60,381 nucleotides of DNA from positions 1 through 60,381 of the forward strand of contig JAQWRG010000025.1 in NCBI GenBank assembly GCA_029243855.1, written 5' to 3'. The stretch's first letter is position 1. Every line of letters starts with the position of its first letter. Shown in pieces: positions 54,901 to 60,381 of this stretch. Origin of the DNA: Flavobacteriales bacterium. GTDB lineage: Bacteria > Bacteroidota > Bacteroidia > Flavobacteriales_D > Parvicellaceae. Under the pieces are notes generated by a model. That model had not been told where the DNA came from and did not search any database. It saw nothing but the letters and a program-made list of their open reading frames with translations. Position numbers and translations under genes: made by a program.

Positions 54901-57273
54901 CCAATTAACAGGAGCATTACCGCCTATTACCGCAATGTTCACGTTACCATTGTCGTCACCATTACAAAGAATATCAGAAGAAGTACCACTAACATCAATA
55001 GAATCGGGCTGAACAATAGTTATAGAGGTGTCCATGTTACACAACGTTGAAAGCTCCGTAATGGTTACGCTGTAAACACCGGTGTCTAAAGCTGAAATAT
55101 CCTCATCAGTAGAAGTGAAGCCATTGGTGGACGTCCAGCTAAAGGAAAAACTATTAGTAATCTCCCACGTAGCTTCAACATAGAGTCTTTTTCCAGTGCC
55201 GAGGCAAGGATTACCAAAATTTGCATTTTCAGCAGTAATAGTAGCCGAATTATTACCAAGAACAAGACCCTCAACAAAAGAAAGACTTGTATTGGAATGA
55301 CAAGAAGGGTCAATTGAAAACCCCCCACATGTACCAGTTGGCAATCCATAACTAGCAAAAGACACATTAGTAAAAACAGCCCCCGCTGGAGCCGTTAAAA
55401 CGACATCAAACCCTTCATCAGCTGTTCCACATAAAGTACCAGTCGTATTAACAGAAGAAGGGCTTAAATTTATTGATCCATTATTAAAGCCATAACAACT
55501 TACATCTGTTTTAGATCCATTTGCAAAAATAGGGTCAGGAGTGCTCAACACAAAAGAGGTGTCGTAAATACAGCCATTATCATCGACAATATTTAAACTA
55601 TATGTTCCTGAATCAACATTTATTAGATTATCTGTTCCCGGGTCTATAAAGCCTGCATTTGAACTGGTCCAAGTTGTGTTTAAAGTACCTGTTCCTCCAG
55701 AAAGATTTAAGGTGACAGAACCGTCTATAATTCCGGAACACGATAAATTGGACGTCACACCATTAGAAAAAATAGCGTTAGGCTCATTAATTACATAAGT
55801 TTCAGAATTTTGACATCCGTTAGCATCCGTTACTACTATCTCATAAGTTCCCCCACTTAGTCCAGTTTGGTCTTCGTCCCCAGGAATAATACCACTTCCT
55901 GGAACCAGAGTTGCCCACGAAGGAGTTAATGTTCCTGTTCCTCCAGTAAGCGTAACGTCAATACTCCCATCACCATCATTATTACAATCTACATCAACCT
56001 TAGAACCAACAATGTCTATAGCACTAGAAGAAGTTAGGATGGGCATTAACAGTTCATGAGAACAACCATTATCATCAATAACCTTTACATAATAACTTGA
56101 GTCAGGACACAATGAATTATTTGTAAGTCCAGTTACCCCTGTATTTGTACCACTACCAATGATACTCCCCCCAAACCATTCAATACTTGTATACGTTCCA
56201 GAACCACCGGAAACAGAAATAGTTATTTCGCCATCACACAAGTAGGAACATGAAACATTAGCAGTTGAAACAATTCCTATACTTATAGGAGTTATATCAA
56301 CGGTAGTAAATGTAGTGTCGTAAGGGCAATTTTCTTTATCCTCAAGATGTAACTTATAGGAAGTGTTTTCGCAAAGAATATTAGAAGTGCTATTTCCTGT
56401 TGCAATTACCGAACTTGGAGAAAGGCTTTCCCAGCTGTAAGTATAGGGACTTCCGTTTCCACCAATACCATTTGCAACAGCTTCTCCATTACAATCGCCA
56501 TCACATAAGGCGTCAATTAAAGCGATGTTCCCAAAAATTTCGGGGGGCTGAACAACCACCTGCCTTAAAGTGTCAAAGCAACCATTTTGATCGGTCACCA
56601 TTAATAAGTAGGAACCACTACAAAGATCCATTAAAAAATAATTGTTTTGACCTAATGGACCAGTTAAGCCTAATTCTGGCCACGACAAGGTTAAACTTCC
56701 TGTACCCAAAGAACCACTTCCTTGTAATATTCCATCACAACTGTCAGCACAGGTAGGAGCACTTTGAAAACCAAAAGAAGGAAAAGGCAAAAGAGGATCA
56801 TTAATGGCAATACCTTGAGATGATTGACACCAGAAAATGCCAGGAATAACTTCTTGAGCTGTATCCGTTACGGTTATAGTATAATTTCCTGAACCACAAA
56901 GGTTTGTAAAAATAGGATTACTTTGAATAGTGCTTATTCCTGTAGACTGTTCTGTAAGCGTATATCCAAAAGGACCACCAGAAGACGAGACAGCAACAGT
57001 TAATTCAGCGTCACAAGCGTTAGGACAAGAAGTAGGTGAGCCGTTGAAGTCAGAAGTAACAGTAACAGAAAAGTTTATGGTATTGCATTGAGTGTAATAC
57101 GACCCTAGTGATGCATAAAAAAACATGCACAAACACGATAATACCTTAACGTATTTATTAGAATATTTAGAATAAATTTTTCCCAAATTTAAAATCATAC
57201 CCTTTTCCAAAGCACCTATCATACGAGAGATTTTCAAATTAGTTCTTAATTTTTGTTGAAAAAACTCAAACAT
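42901..57273 (-). CDS. Giant SprB-repeat cell-surface adhesin (4790 aa) with T9SS type B CTD
   Basis: Uninterrupted 14,373-nt ORF. Hydrophobic leader (VLSCLCMFFYASLGSYYTQ; the real start may be M18 or M26). This is followed by tandem ~80-aa Cys-framed repeats of form C.G..DG.I.L.V.GG..P(Y/F).(Y/F).W...G......L..L..G.Y.V.V.D.NGC. Repeat number is estimated from length divided by period as fifty-plus and was not counted. Ends in a gliding-motility-type C-terminal domain. Confidence 0.9.
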   Translation of the reverse strand: MFEFFQQKLRTNLKISRMIGALEKGMILNLGKIYSKYSNKYVKVLSCLCMFFYASLGSYYTQCNTINFSVTVTSDFNGSPTSCPNACDAELTVAVSSSGGPFGYTLTEQSTGISTIQSNPIFTNLCGSGNYTITVTDTAQEVIPGIFWCQSSQGIAINDPLLPFPSFGFQSAPTCADSCDGILQGSGSLGTGSLTLSWPELGLTGPLGQNNYFLMDLCSGSYLLMVTDQNGCFDTLRQVVVQPPEIFGNIALIDALCDGDCNGEAVANGIGGNGSPYTYSWESLSPSSVIATGNSTSNILCENTSYKLHLEDKENCPYDTTFTTVDITPISIGIVSTANVSCSYLCDGEITISVSGGSGTYTSIEWFGGSIIGSGTNTGVTGLTNNSLCPDSSYYVKVIDDNGCSHELLMPILTSSSAIDIVGSKVDVDCNNDGDGSIDVTLTGGTGTLTPSWATLVPGSGIIPGDEDQTGLSGGTYEIVVTDANGCQNSETYVINEPNAIFSNGVTSNLSCSGIIDGSVTLNLSGGTGTLNTTWTSSNAGFIDPGTDNLINVDSGTYSLNIVDDNGCIYDTSFVLSTPDPIFANGSKTDVSCYGFNNGSINLSPSSVNTTGTLCGTADEGFDVVLTAPAGAVFTNVSFASYGLPTGTCGGFSIDPSCHSNTSLSFVEGLVLGNNSATITAENANFGNPCLGTGKRLYVEATWEITNSFSFSWTSTNGFTSTDEDISALDTGVYSVTITELSTLCNMDTSITIVQPDSIDVSGTSSDILCNGDDNGNVNIAVIGGNAPVNWSWSSSDPTFVDPGGNATSLDPLDGGTYTVSIIDNLGCTKDTSFTVNEPNIITTNGVVVNVSCSGLIDGSITLNLSGGTGSLNTTWTSSVGGFVDPGTDNLINLDSGTYDLNIVDDNGCTYDTSFVLSTPAPIFANATKTNVSCYGFTDGTIDLSTSNGNTPYQWSWTSSNGFTSADEDLVALDTGIYNVIITDFLGCTKDTSITIVQPDSIDVSGTSSDILCNGDDNGNVNIAVIGGNAPVNWSWSSSDPTFVDPGGNATSLSPLDGGTYTVSIIDNLGCTKDTSFTVNEPNPIQVVAIVSNVGCNGLTDGSIDVTPSGGFGSYLFDWDNDGTGDNDDTEDLSTLSQGTYCLSIIDQSQISCKLDTCFNIEEPNTLYIGNTSIVEISCADSLNGSIDISPVGGTVAGNYVFDWDNDGTGDNDDLEDLNNLGGGNYTVSVIDDNGCTKDSTIVISPINTVYFNPVVSTSNCGFDNGAIDLTVVGGNSPFTFDWDNDGTGDNDDAEDLTNLFQGTYQVFLSYNGNDGTVCVVDTTFILVDNPPAVAATVSFTDESCFGSCDGSITTNVTVGSAPLTYNWSSSNAGFINDGNPNQFNLCNGTYYLELVDVNTCPLFDTIVISSASEIILSDVTTNVDCNGDSTGAIDLTVVGGNIATSLDYQYSWVGQNTGFTSAVSDLNNLVADNYFITVTDDDGCSDTATVPVLENNLLDITISSNDASCGINNGDVAVVASGGVVAGLYNYLWEDNSGVALTANSSLGSLGSGTYHITVTDDLGCEATGSAIINDLSASTITVDSIQHESCAGDANGMIVVSINVSPGPGTLTWTGPVGFVDPGGSNTTISSLSAGQYIATLTDGLGCIQQEIIDINEAQELILSTVDVSPLCYDDNTGSISLFVSGGSVVADYSYDWDIDGVGDLDDDQNQDSLSSGTYIVFVYDDFGCSSSDTTTLNNPTEITYTLSSVLSGCGLNDGSAQIVVNGGTLNGLDYTYLWTNSSSTQIGATNSISNLSAGCYNINVVDDNGCSIDDITCINNPTGPTITLDQIDSTSCYGLSDGNILISTSGVNAPFTFLWQTVPLGHANSLEDLITVPAGTYSITVEDTLGCISGEVYTLFQPDSIYTSANVVDLICYNDASGEIDLTINGGTQPFSPSWSGPNGFTSSSEDLTGLDSGAYVISGIDSKGCPIPGFTYNINQPDTIILTTSSTQTACNVPTGTSSVSAIGGSVGLDYSYVWTNASGDTVGLTNQALNLAVGTYSIEVIDDNGCSSTESVNITQVAGPSISIDTINPVDCAGNQTGSIFVSVAGLATPFSYTWSGSITPDASHVNNEDLETWFFGTYSLMVVDTNGCEDSLTNVVISQPQQLFGTSTNVAPLCAGDSTGSIDLSLTGGTSPFSYDWKKDGILISNNEDLTALSAGTYVYSVLDSNGCSLNDSIALVSPSDLTLTGSFIGSTCGNTNGEVSVVVSGGTATGGYNYSWENISSGQPGLSIGANASNVTNLSAGIYQVVVNDDNSCNDSIVITVSDIDGPTLSYVSSNINCFGSVNGTIDLTVVGVNPFNFSWVGPPGFANPSTEDLSSLDPGTYSVFVTDFNGCSSAESIVVDGPSGPIQLQSTVTDLSCNNNASGEIAINIIGGTPPYTTSWTGPNAYTSSLEDLIGLDSGQYVLDILDFNLCPLSGNVFDITQPTELSIDTSINSPTCGLTDGDISVSVTGGTVVADYGYDWDDLSTPNNNISFTNSVTGIGAGNYQITINDDNNCLDSVVVSISDLTGPILSAVTTDVDCVGDNDGTIDLEIIGSGSYTIDWDNDGTGDNDDNEDLILLSAGTYNVVVVDLATGCQASLSVDINVANTLNMALTGSVLNCNNDTDGTLISVVNGGTSPYTHDWSLSGFNVSNDVNPTNLGAGMYVLELTDFNGCQIIDSVEITEPNILILSGSSVSSSCGNSNGEVTVVASGGTVASDYNYSWFDIGGGFPGVSIGTGSANEIGLPSGSYHAVVIDDNGCTDSIAIPVSDNNGPTVSWNTVDVLCFGDSTGEIDITVSGSSPFGFVWTGPNGFSSSDEDIDSLKSGSYTIEITDFNGCVNTKNINVLGPTNGLSITSNITDLDCYGNSSGEISILISGGSSPFQTDWTGPNGFTSSLEDLVGLDSGEYALNITDHSGCELLNNTFVVSQPDSIYIVETITSPTCNLSDGQISVAVQGGTIFTDYQYVWDDISTPVFGLSIFNSLTNIGAGNYQVTVTDDNNCSKAAVFPIANANAPTLTIVVTDIDCNGNNNGELDLTVTGTSSYTVDWDIDGVGDNDDDEDLTGLGPGTYSVIINDLSTGCVAALSDDVNEPDTVGIAAVNLPVTCFGTNDGSSTITLSGGTGSLVPTWSIVVPGSGLNISDTNQTSLSGGEYKIVVVDDNNCKDSINVVISEPDTILSNGVVTDVSCFSYTDGAIDVVLTGGNPTLNYSWTSTDPTFVDPGLTSLVNLNAGDYSLSIVDDNNCTYDTTLTINAPTEILLSAALNNVTCNSYADGSITLNTSSGAGSYNWSWVGPNGFLSSSESINSLDTGLYVITVTDLDGCLKDSSITITQPDALILSDSVTNLVCYNDSSGAIDITISGGLVPFTFDWDIDGVGDNDDSEDLSVLIANTYILNVLDGNLCSLKDTFVVNQPLELTVSGTITNNLCYGDVNGEIDITAFGGNGAYVYTWANSAGFNSANEDLNSLESDTFNLTITDSLNCSIDTSFEITSSDQLLFNITYSDANCGFLDGSITSNVSGGSGIYIYDWDNDGTGDNDDNANLSGLIAGTYTLYLSDDVGCLSDTSVIISNTTGPVISIDNIDSVSCFGGADGAISSTVSGGSMPYSFLWNPSVNSQDSAINNLMAGEYILTVTDNLGCLTKDTVEVFEPLQIIISETTINSSCGLCDGTASISVSGGNALATYTTIWSNGNAGLNATSLCAGVHSVSVEDNFGCSSSKNITISDDQLGIVETTTLINPSCYGLNDGSISVAVSGGVAPYQYYWLNDGSTSSSLNNLSAGVYFLTILDDNGCSKTLDIELSEPSPIIINPYITPANCGVNNGTIDLIVSGGSGSYSYLWSNSATSSSISNVSGGLYSVTVSDGAGCSSFMPINFSNYTEFAVDITVDSVSCFGLSDGQAVASVSGNANPISYSWFDENNSSVGNNGPILNNQSAGEYIVEVTDNVTGCVKFETVDIFEGQPINISLPNSSSSSCSSVCDGAAVAVVSGGELPYSYLWSNGETTNNAIALCLGSNSLLITDNNGCHAQQSISISASQTISSSASVVDASCGACDGQATVAAVGGSGSLNITWFDGITGPNHANLCAGIYSYEVVDVNGCSTIDYLSVNNVNGPTNQTVSVVDASCFGASNGSASVIPIGGTPPYTYYWPHNGQTSNVLTGAQAGTYYIEIIDDENCLRVVPVEIDEADPILTQAVVSDANCGINDGSISIATYGSFGPYSTNWTGPNGFNGNGNSINGLSAGSYNANISNGIGCIEDFQFELNSVNGLFVDLAITSPSCSDLCNGEAVANVSNSSGGSLNYTWNGGATTSSIVGLCSDSLVTVVVEDVSSGCIGSASITIDGPDPILLGSPLVIDPTCFGACDGEAGIVPFGGNNIFLISWLNLGSSNIYESSLCDGVYDVVVTDQNGCSTQQSITITEPNEINVITDLVVNSYCPNQADGSINISVIGGDGNYQYNWSDSASVFSSNIQDISGLLPGQYIIFINDGNLCTGTDTINVIADNIITALATNDTSVCIDNCLDLFGTGSGTNSLTYSWSLVDSSSVLSSIDSLNFCFNDSAGIVDFVFTVSDQNCSSTDTLSVVVFDIPVVDAGDSIKELYGSYVSLGGSPSAPLGSSYSWFPSVNFVSIDDTTYSNPEIELLANQTYTMFVSDSNGCFNSDSIYVELIPEITYSSGFSPNNDGTNDEWKINQIEQFPLCVVEIYNRWGHKLYTSDPGYTNPWNGKYNNAELPVGTYYYIIELNDPKFPDAITGPITIIK
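42904..43152 (-). other. T9SS type B C-terminal sorting domain of the giant adhesin
   Basis: FSPNNDGTNDEWKI...YNRWGHKLY...WNGKYNNAELPVGTYYYIIEL...ITIIK. Confidence 0.75.
54029..54303. repeat. 275-bp near-identical direct repeat, copy A (inside adhesin gene)
   Basis: Aligned by eye with 54758-55032: 272 of 275 nt identical (3 substitutions). The offset is 729 nt, equal to 243 codons or 3 repeat units. Confidence 0.95.
54758..55032. repeat. 275-bp near-identical direct repeat, copy B (inside adhesin gene)
   Basis: See copy A. Encodes ...DTSITIVQPDSIDVSGTSSDILCNGDDNGNVNIAVIGGNAPVNWSWSSSDPTFVDPGGNATSL(D/S)PLDGGTYTVSIIDNLGCTKDTSFTVNEP. Confidence 0.95.
55165..55440 (-). other. SUEL / rhamnose-binding-lectin-like (Gal_Lectin) domain nested in one SprB repeat (residues ~612-703)
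   Basis: GTLCGTADEGFDVVLTAPAGAVFTNVSFASYGLPTGTCGGFSIDPSCHSNTSLSFVEGLVLGNNSATITAENANFGNPCLGTGKRLYVEATW. The canonical YGR / DPC / KYL landmarks appear as YGL / NPC / KRL in the right order and spacing. Confidence 0.6.
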
Positions 57274-57364
57274 TGTTGAAATTATTAAAAAAGACGGACT
57301 TTATAGATAAAAAGTTGCTTAAATAAGCTAAAAATACGTTCAACAGCATAATATTTATGACGAA

Positions 57365-58375
57365 TCAATGAAATAAGATGGAATTAAAATCATTTTTCTT
57401 ATGACTCTTTTCAGTATTGGATTTAAACCCAATCATTATTTCGTGAGTATTTACACCAGAATGCCTAAGTTTTGAAGTGGTAAGATCGTAACTGTAATAT
57501 AAGTTAAACATATCCAAAAGCTTAATATGAAACAAACAAATAAACGAATTGGTATTGCGCCAACTTATACCAGTTGAAAAATTTGAATTTAACTCAACGG
57601 TAATGTTAGCATCAAAAGCAGGAACAGCACCTTTTGTTTTTTTAATTAAGAAGTTGGGAGAAAACGTAATTTTTTCTTTTTCAAAACGCTGTCCAACCAT
57701 CATGTGGTAATGAACTTGATCTATTGAATATACGGACCCAATTAAATTGGACCAATTGCCATTAAACATTTGTTTAGCACTAAGGCCAACATACCAATTT
57801 TTACATTCAAGATATGTGCCAACACTAAAATCTGGAAATAGAAATAATTTTCCAGAACCATTTATTAAAGGGTCGTTAGATTGATTTAAATTTAATTTTG
57901 TCGCATCAAAACCAAATTGCTGTAACCCAGTAAAAAAACCAAAAGCAAAAGAAATATTTCTCTGAAGAAGTAAATTATAAGCAAAAGCAAAATTAAGAGA
58001 AGAACGCTTGTATGGACCAATTAAATCATTTTGAAAATACCCACCAAACCCTAATGAATTTCCGGCATTAATTTTTTTGGGCTGAAAGAGCCTTGTAGAA
58101 AGGCTTGCAAATGTTGTTGTTGGAGCACCCTCAATATTTCCCCATTGTGAACGATGACCAGATTTAAATACGAGAGAGTTCTGCCCACCCGCTAAAGCTG
58201 GGTTGTAGTAAAAGGCATTACCTAAAAAATTACTAAATTGTGCAGTTTGCTGACCATGCACCTTACAAATAAACAGAGCTAAAACCAGTGTTTTAGCAGC
58301 TGTTTTTACTGTTTTATTTAATAATGCTAATAGACCCACTGTATGTTTTTTGAGTAATCGTTGACTTAGTATCAA
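57365..58375 (-). CDS. T9SS membrane protein, PorP/SprF family (partner of the 348-aa cargo)
   Basis: QQTAQFSNFLGNAFYYNPALAG signature after the leader TLVLALFICKVHGQQ. The annotated ATG overlaps the upstream gene by 62 nt, and an in-frame GTG start nearer the stop is plausible. Confidence 0.8.
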   Translation of the reverse strand: MILSQRLLKKHTVGLLALLNKTVKTAAKTLVLALFICKVHGQQTAQFSNFLGNAFYYNPALAGGQNSLVFKSGHRSQWGNIEGAPTTTFASLSTRLFQPKKINAGNSLGFGGYFQNDLIGPYKRSSLNFAFAYNLLLQRNISFAFGFFTGLQQFGFDATKLNLNQSNDPLINGSGKLFLFPDFSVGTYLECKNWYVGLSAKQMFNGNWSNLIGSVYSIDQVHYHMMVGQRFEKEKITFSPNFLIKKTKGAVPAFDANITVELNSNFSTGISWRNTNSFICLFHIKLLDMFNLYYSYDLTTSKLRHSGVNTHEIMIGFKSNTEKSHKKNDFNSILFH

Positions 58376-59360
58376 TACTATAAAAATAAGTTCCCGAAGG
58401 AAGATAACTGTTATTTCTTTTTCCGTCCCAAGGACTAGAATTAGTGTATCCTATAGCGTTGTACACTTGTTGCCCCCAGCGATCATATACAGAAACATTT
58501 GAGATGGGGTAACTTTCTATATTTTCAATAATCCAAAAATCATTAAATCCGTCATTATTTATGGTTATTGCGTTTGGAATTTCTAAAGTTTTCTCAACGT
58601 AAATAGAAACATTGTCAACGTACTGACATCCATTATCTTCATCAATAGTGAGTTCTAATTCAGCATTATTTAACCCTGAAAAAATAGGATTTAAAACATT
58701 ACTGTTGGATAAATTAGCCGAAGGAAACCATGTGGCAACCCCGTTGCCAGTTCCTGAAAGCTCAACGGAAGCACCGTATTCTAAGTATACATTATTTCCT
58801 GCAGAAACTTCAGGGTTAACAGCCGCGCCATTAACCTTTATTTGAAAGCCACATTCAGCAGGCTTAAACCCCGCCTGTCCATCTCTTGCTGACCCCCCAT
58901 CTATTAAGACATAATAGGTCTGAAAAGGTTCTAAATGAATAGTACCGATATTAAAATCATTGACCTTACCTAACTCACAAGATGAGACAAGCTCATATGT
59001 GGTTGAATTACAACTGGTATTAGCTTTTAAAATGGAGGCCTGAACCTCATTAGAATATGAGGAATCGGAATTGCTATCGCATTGAATATTTTTTAAGTAA
59101 ACGTAAGCAGTGCCACCAATAGAATTGCTTTTAAAATTAAACCATATAGAATTATTGAGTTCAAAACAGGTGTTGCTTCCAATCCAATCGCTACAATTAA
59201 AACAGGTGTCAATAGTTGCGTTGTAATTATTGCCATCAACCCATTCGTTGAAACAAAGCGAAACAGCATCTTCGCATCGATCATTGGAGGGGTTTTGTGT
59301 CAAGCCCAATAAGGGAATAAAAATTAATAAAAGAAGAAAATATTTAAAAAAAGCAGTCAT
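58314..59360 (-). CDS. Secreted Cys-rich protein with T9SS type B CTD
   Basis: Signal peptide FFKYFLLLLIFIPLLGLTQ and a Cys-rich N-domain (NDRCEDAVSLC...). The pre-CTD module is shared with the giant adhesin. C-terminal IPNAITINNDGFNDFWII...YDRWGQQVY...WDGKRNNSYLPSGTYFYSI. Confidence 0.75.
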   Translation of the reverse strand: MTAFFKYFLLLLIFIPLLGLTQNPSNDRCEDAVSLCFNEWVDGNNYNATIDTCFNCSDWIGSNTCFELNNSIWFNFKSNSIGGTAYVYLKNIQCDSNSDSSYSNEVQASILKANTSCNSTTYELVSSCELGKVNDFNIGTIHLEPFQTYYVLIDGGSARDGQAGFKPAECGFQIKVNGAAVNPEVSAGNNVYLEYGASVELSGTGNGVATWFPSANLSNSNVLNPIFSGLNNAELELTIDEDNGCQYVDNVSIYVEKTLEIPNAITINNDGFNDFWIIENIESYPISNVSVYDRWGQQVYNAIGYTNSSPWDGKRNNSYLPSGTYFYSIDTKSTITQKTYSGSISIIK

Positions 59361-59464
59361 TGATAGTTTAAATTTAATTAATTTGATTTGCTAATAGCTA
59401 CTTTTAAAAGTGAACAAACATATTTTGGCACAATTAGTGCAGTAAAAGCTATAAAAAAAATACA

Positions 59465-60381
59465 ATGAAAAGAAAACTTCCCCTTTTAATTGTTTCATTT
59501 TTAATTTCTGTTGTTTCATTTTCACAATTTAGAAATTACAAGACAGATTCTGGATGGAATATTGGATTTAATTCTGGAGGAACTTGGCAAGAGAAAGAAG
59601 CAATAATTAACGGTTCTGACACAGCGTTCACTCAACCATTTACATCTGTAAGAGGAGGGTTTACCTTTGGTAAAGCTATTTATGAAGAAGAAGGTAGTTT
59701 TTTCGCTTTTGATTTACGTTTTAGGTATCTAAGGGGAATAAATTACGGTTGGTCTAGAGAGCTAGAAACGATTCCAGCTTCACAATTCAATCATTTTTTA
59801 TCCAGTGATATAGAGGCATACAAAAATTACAGAATGGACTTAAATGAGTTTTCTCTTGAAGGGGTCCTTACTTTAAATAGACTATTAGAGCAGACGGGAA
59901 TCATTTTATATGGTTTTGGTGGTATTGGGGTTGTTGACTATAGGGTTAAAACAGACTATTTAGACGGTAAACACCAATATAATAATCCAGACTTAACTTA
60001 TGAGTCAGACAGAAATGCAGCAATATTGCTTAAAAACAACAGTGATTTGCAGTTTGAATCTAACGCACCAGGAGTTATAGGAAATCAATTAAAAATAATG
60101 CCTTCTTTAGGCATAGGTTTAGGATATCAATTTAACGAAGTTTTTTCAATGGGTATAGAGCATAAATTAACATATGCCTTACATAATAATTTAGACGGAA
60201 TTACTAGTGACGCTTTAAACGATAGATATCATTATACGGCCATTAAAATGGGGTTTAATATTTTAAATACTGGAAGCTCAAGTCAAGAATCAAATGAAAT
60301 GTTTCAAGAGGATTACTATCAGTCAACTGTAGTTAACACCCCCCCTTCAACAATTAATACACCCCCCCCCCCAACAACAAT
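59465..60381 (+). CDS. 3'-truncated ORF: exported outer-membrane beta-barrel-type protein followed by a Pro/Thr linker (runs off the window)
   Basis: Absent from the ORF track because there is no stop. I translated 305 codons by hand from ATG 59465 with no stop codon. Signal peptide MKRKLPLLIVSFLISVVSFSQ. Alternating aromatic/Gly strands (GFTFGKAIY, LYGFGGIGVVDYRV, SLGIGLGYQF). Ends ...NTPPSTINTPPPPTT. Confidence 0.55.
   Translation, partial: MKRKLPLLIVSFLISVVSFSQFRNYKTDSGWNIGFNSGGTWQEKEAIINGSDTAFTQPFTSVRGGFTFGKAIYEEEGSFFAFDLRFRYLRGINYGWSRELETIPASQFNHFLSSDIEAYKNYRMDLNEFSLEGVLTLNRLLEQTGIILYGFGGIGVVDYRVKTDYLDGKHQYNNPDLTYESDRNAAILLKNNSDLQFESNAPGVIGNQLKIMPSLGIGLGYQFNEVFSMGIEHKLTYALHNNLDGITSDALNDRYHYTAIKMGFNILNTGSSSQESNEMFQEDYYQSTVVNTPPSTINTPPPPTT

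Larger units (their letters stand above)
43670..57087 (-). repeat. Coding tandem array of SprB-type ~240-nt repeats (approximate boundaries)
   Basis: Periodic recurrence of the Cys/Gly/Asp/Trp framework through almost the whole ORF. Boundaries are estimated from the first and last recognisable repeat. Confidence 0.75.

Noticed and set aside
43589-56756. Eleven plus-strand ORFs of 60-118 aa listed inside the giant minus-strand gene, plus the minus-strand out-of-frame ORF 55086-55367
   Set aside because: They lie entirely within a 14.4-kb uninterrupted, strongly patterned coding frame. They have low-complexity, repeat-driven sequences with no recognisable motifs. They are shadow ORFs of a repetitive gene.
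43670-57087. Regular ~240-nt periodic repeats could superficially resemble a repeat array or CRISPR
   Set aside because: The repeats are far longer than CRISPR repeats, lack unique spacers, are in one continuous reading frame and encode a conserved protein framework.
1-60381. Mobile elements, prophage, defence systems, toxin-antitoxin pairs
   Set aside because: No transposase, integrase, recombinase, restriction-modification, Cas or phage structural motifs were recognised in any listed ORF. The MORN/YwqK-like protein has no adjacent toxin-like gene.

Overview
Visibly AT-rich chromosomal DNA with the hallmarks of a Bacteroidota (Flavobacteriia-type) genome: T9SS type A and type B C-terminal sorting domains, PorP/SprF genes, SprB-type repeats, and frequent non-ATG starts. 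About 40 densely packed genes. No rRNA, tRNA, CRISPR array, transposase or integrase was recognised. Layout: (i) 1-11.6 kb is an accessory-looking block. It holds two T9SS-secreted alpha/beta hydrolases, dgkA, a UbiA-family prenyltransferase, a flavin halogenase/GG-reductase-like enzyme, a GT-C (GT39-like) glycosyltransferase, and a minus-strand operon encoding an exported CYTH-like protein, an exported HipA/PI3-4-kinase-like protein and a hydrolase. (ii) 11.6-42 kb is housekeeping: hemF, queD, ybeY, mnmG, gpsA, idi, rpiB, rsmI, leuS, lspA, ileS, trhO, hemD, rnpA and an S41 protease. Two perfect 16-bp parS sites bracket mnmG, which suggests an origin-proximal location. (iii) 42-59.4 kb has two tandem minus-strand 'type B CTD cargo followed by PorP/SprF' modules. 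One cargo is a single 14.4-kb ORF encoding a 4790-aa SprB-repeat adhesin. That adhesin carries a SUEL/rhamnose-binding-lectin-like domain nested inside one repeat, eight thrombospondin-type-3-like acidic loops, a six-repeat higher-order unit and a 275-bp near-identical internal duplication. (iv) 59.5 kb to the window end is a 3'-truncated outer-membrane-type ORF missing from the ORF track, ending in a C11 homopolymer. All functional calls come from motif recognition by eye. No database search was run.
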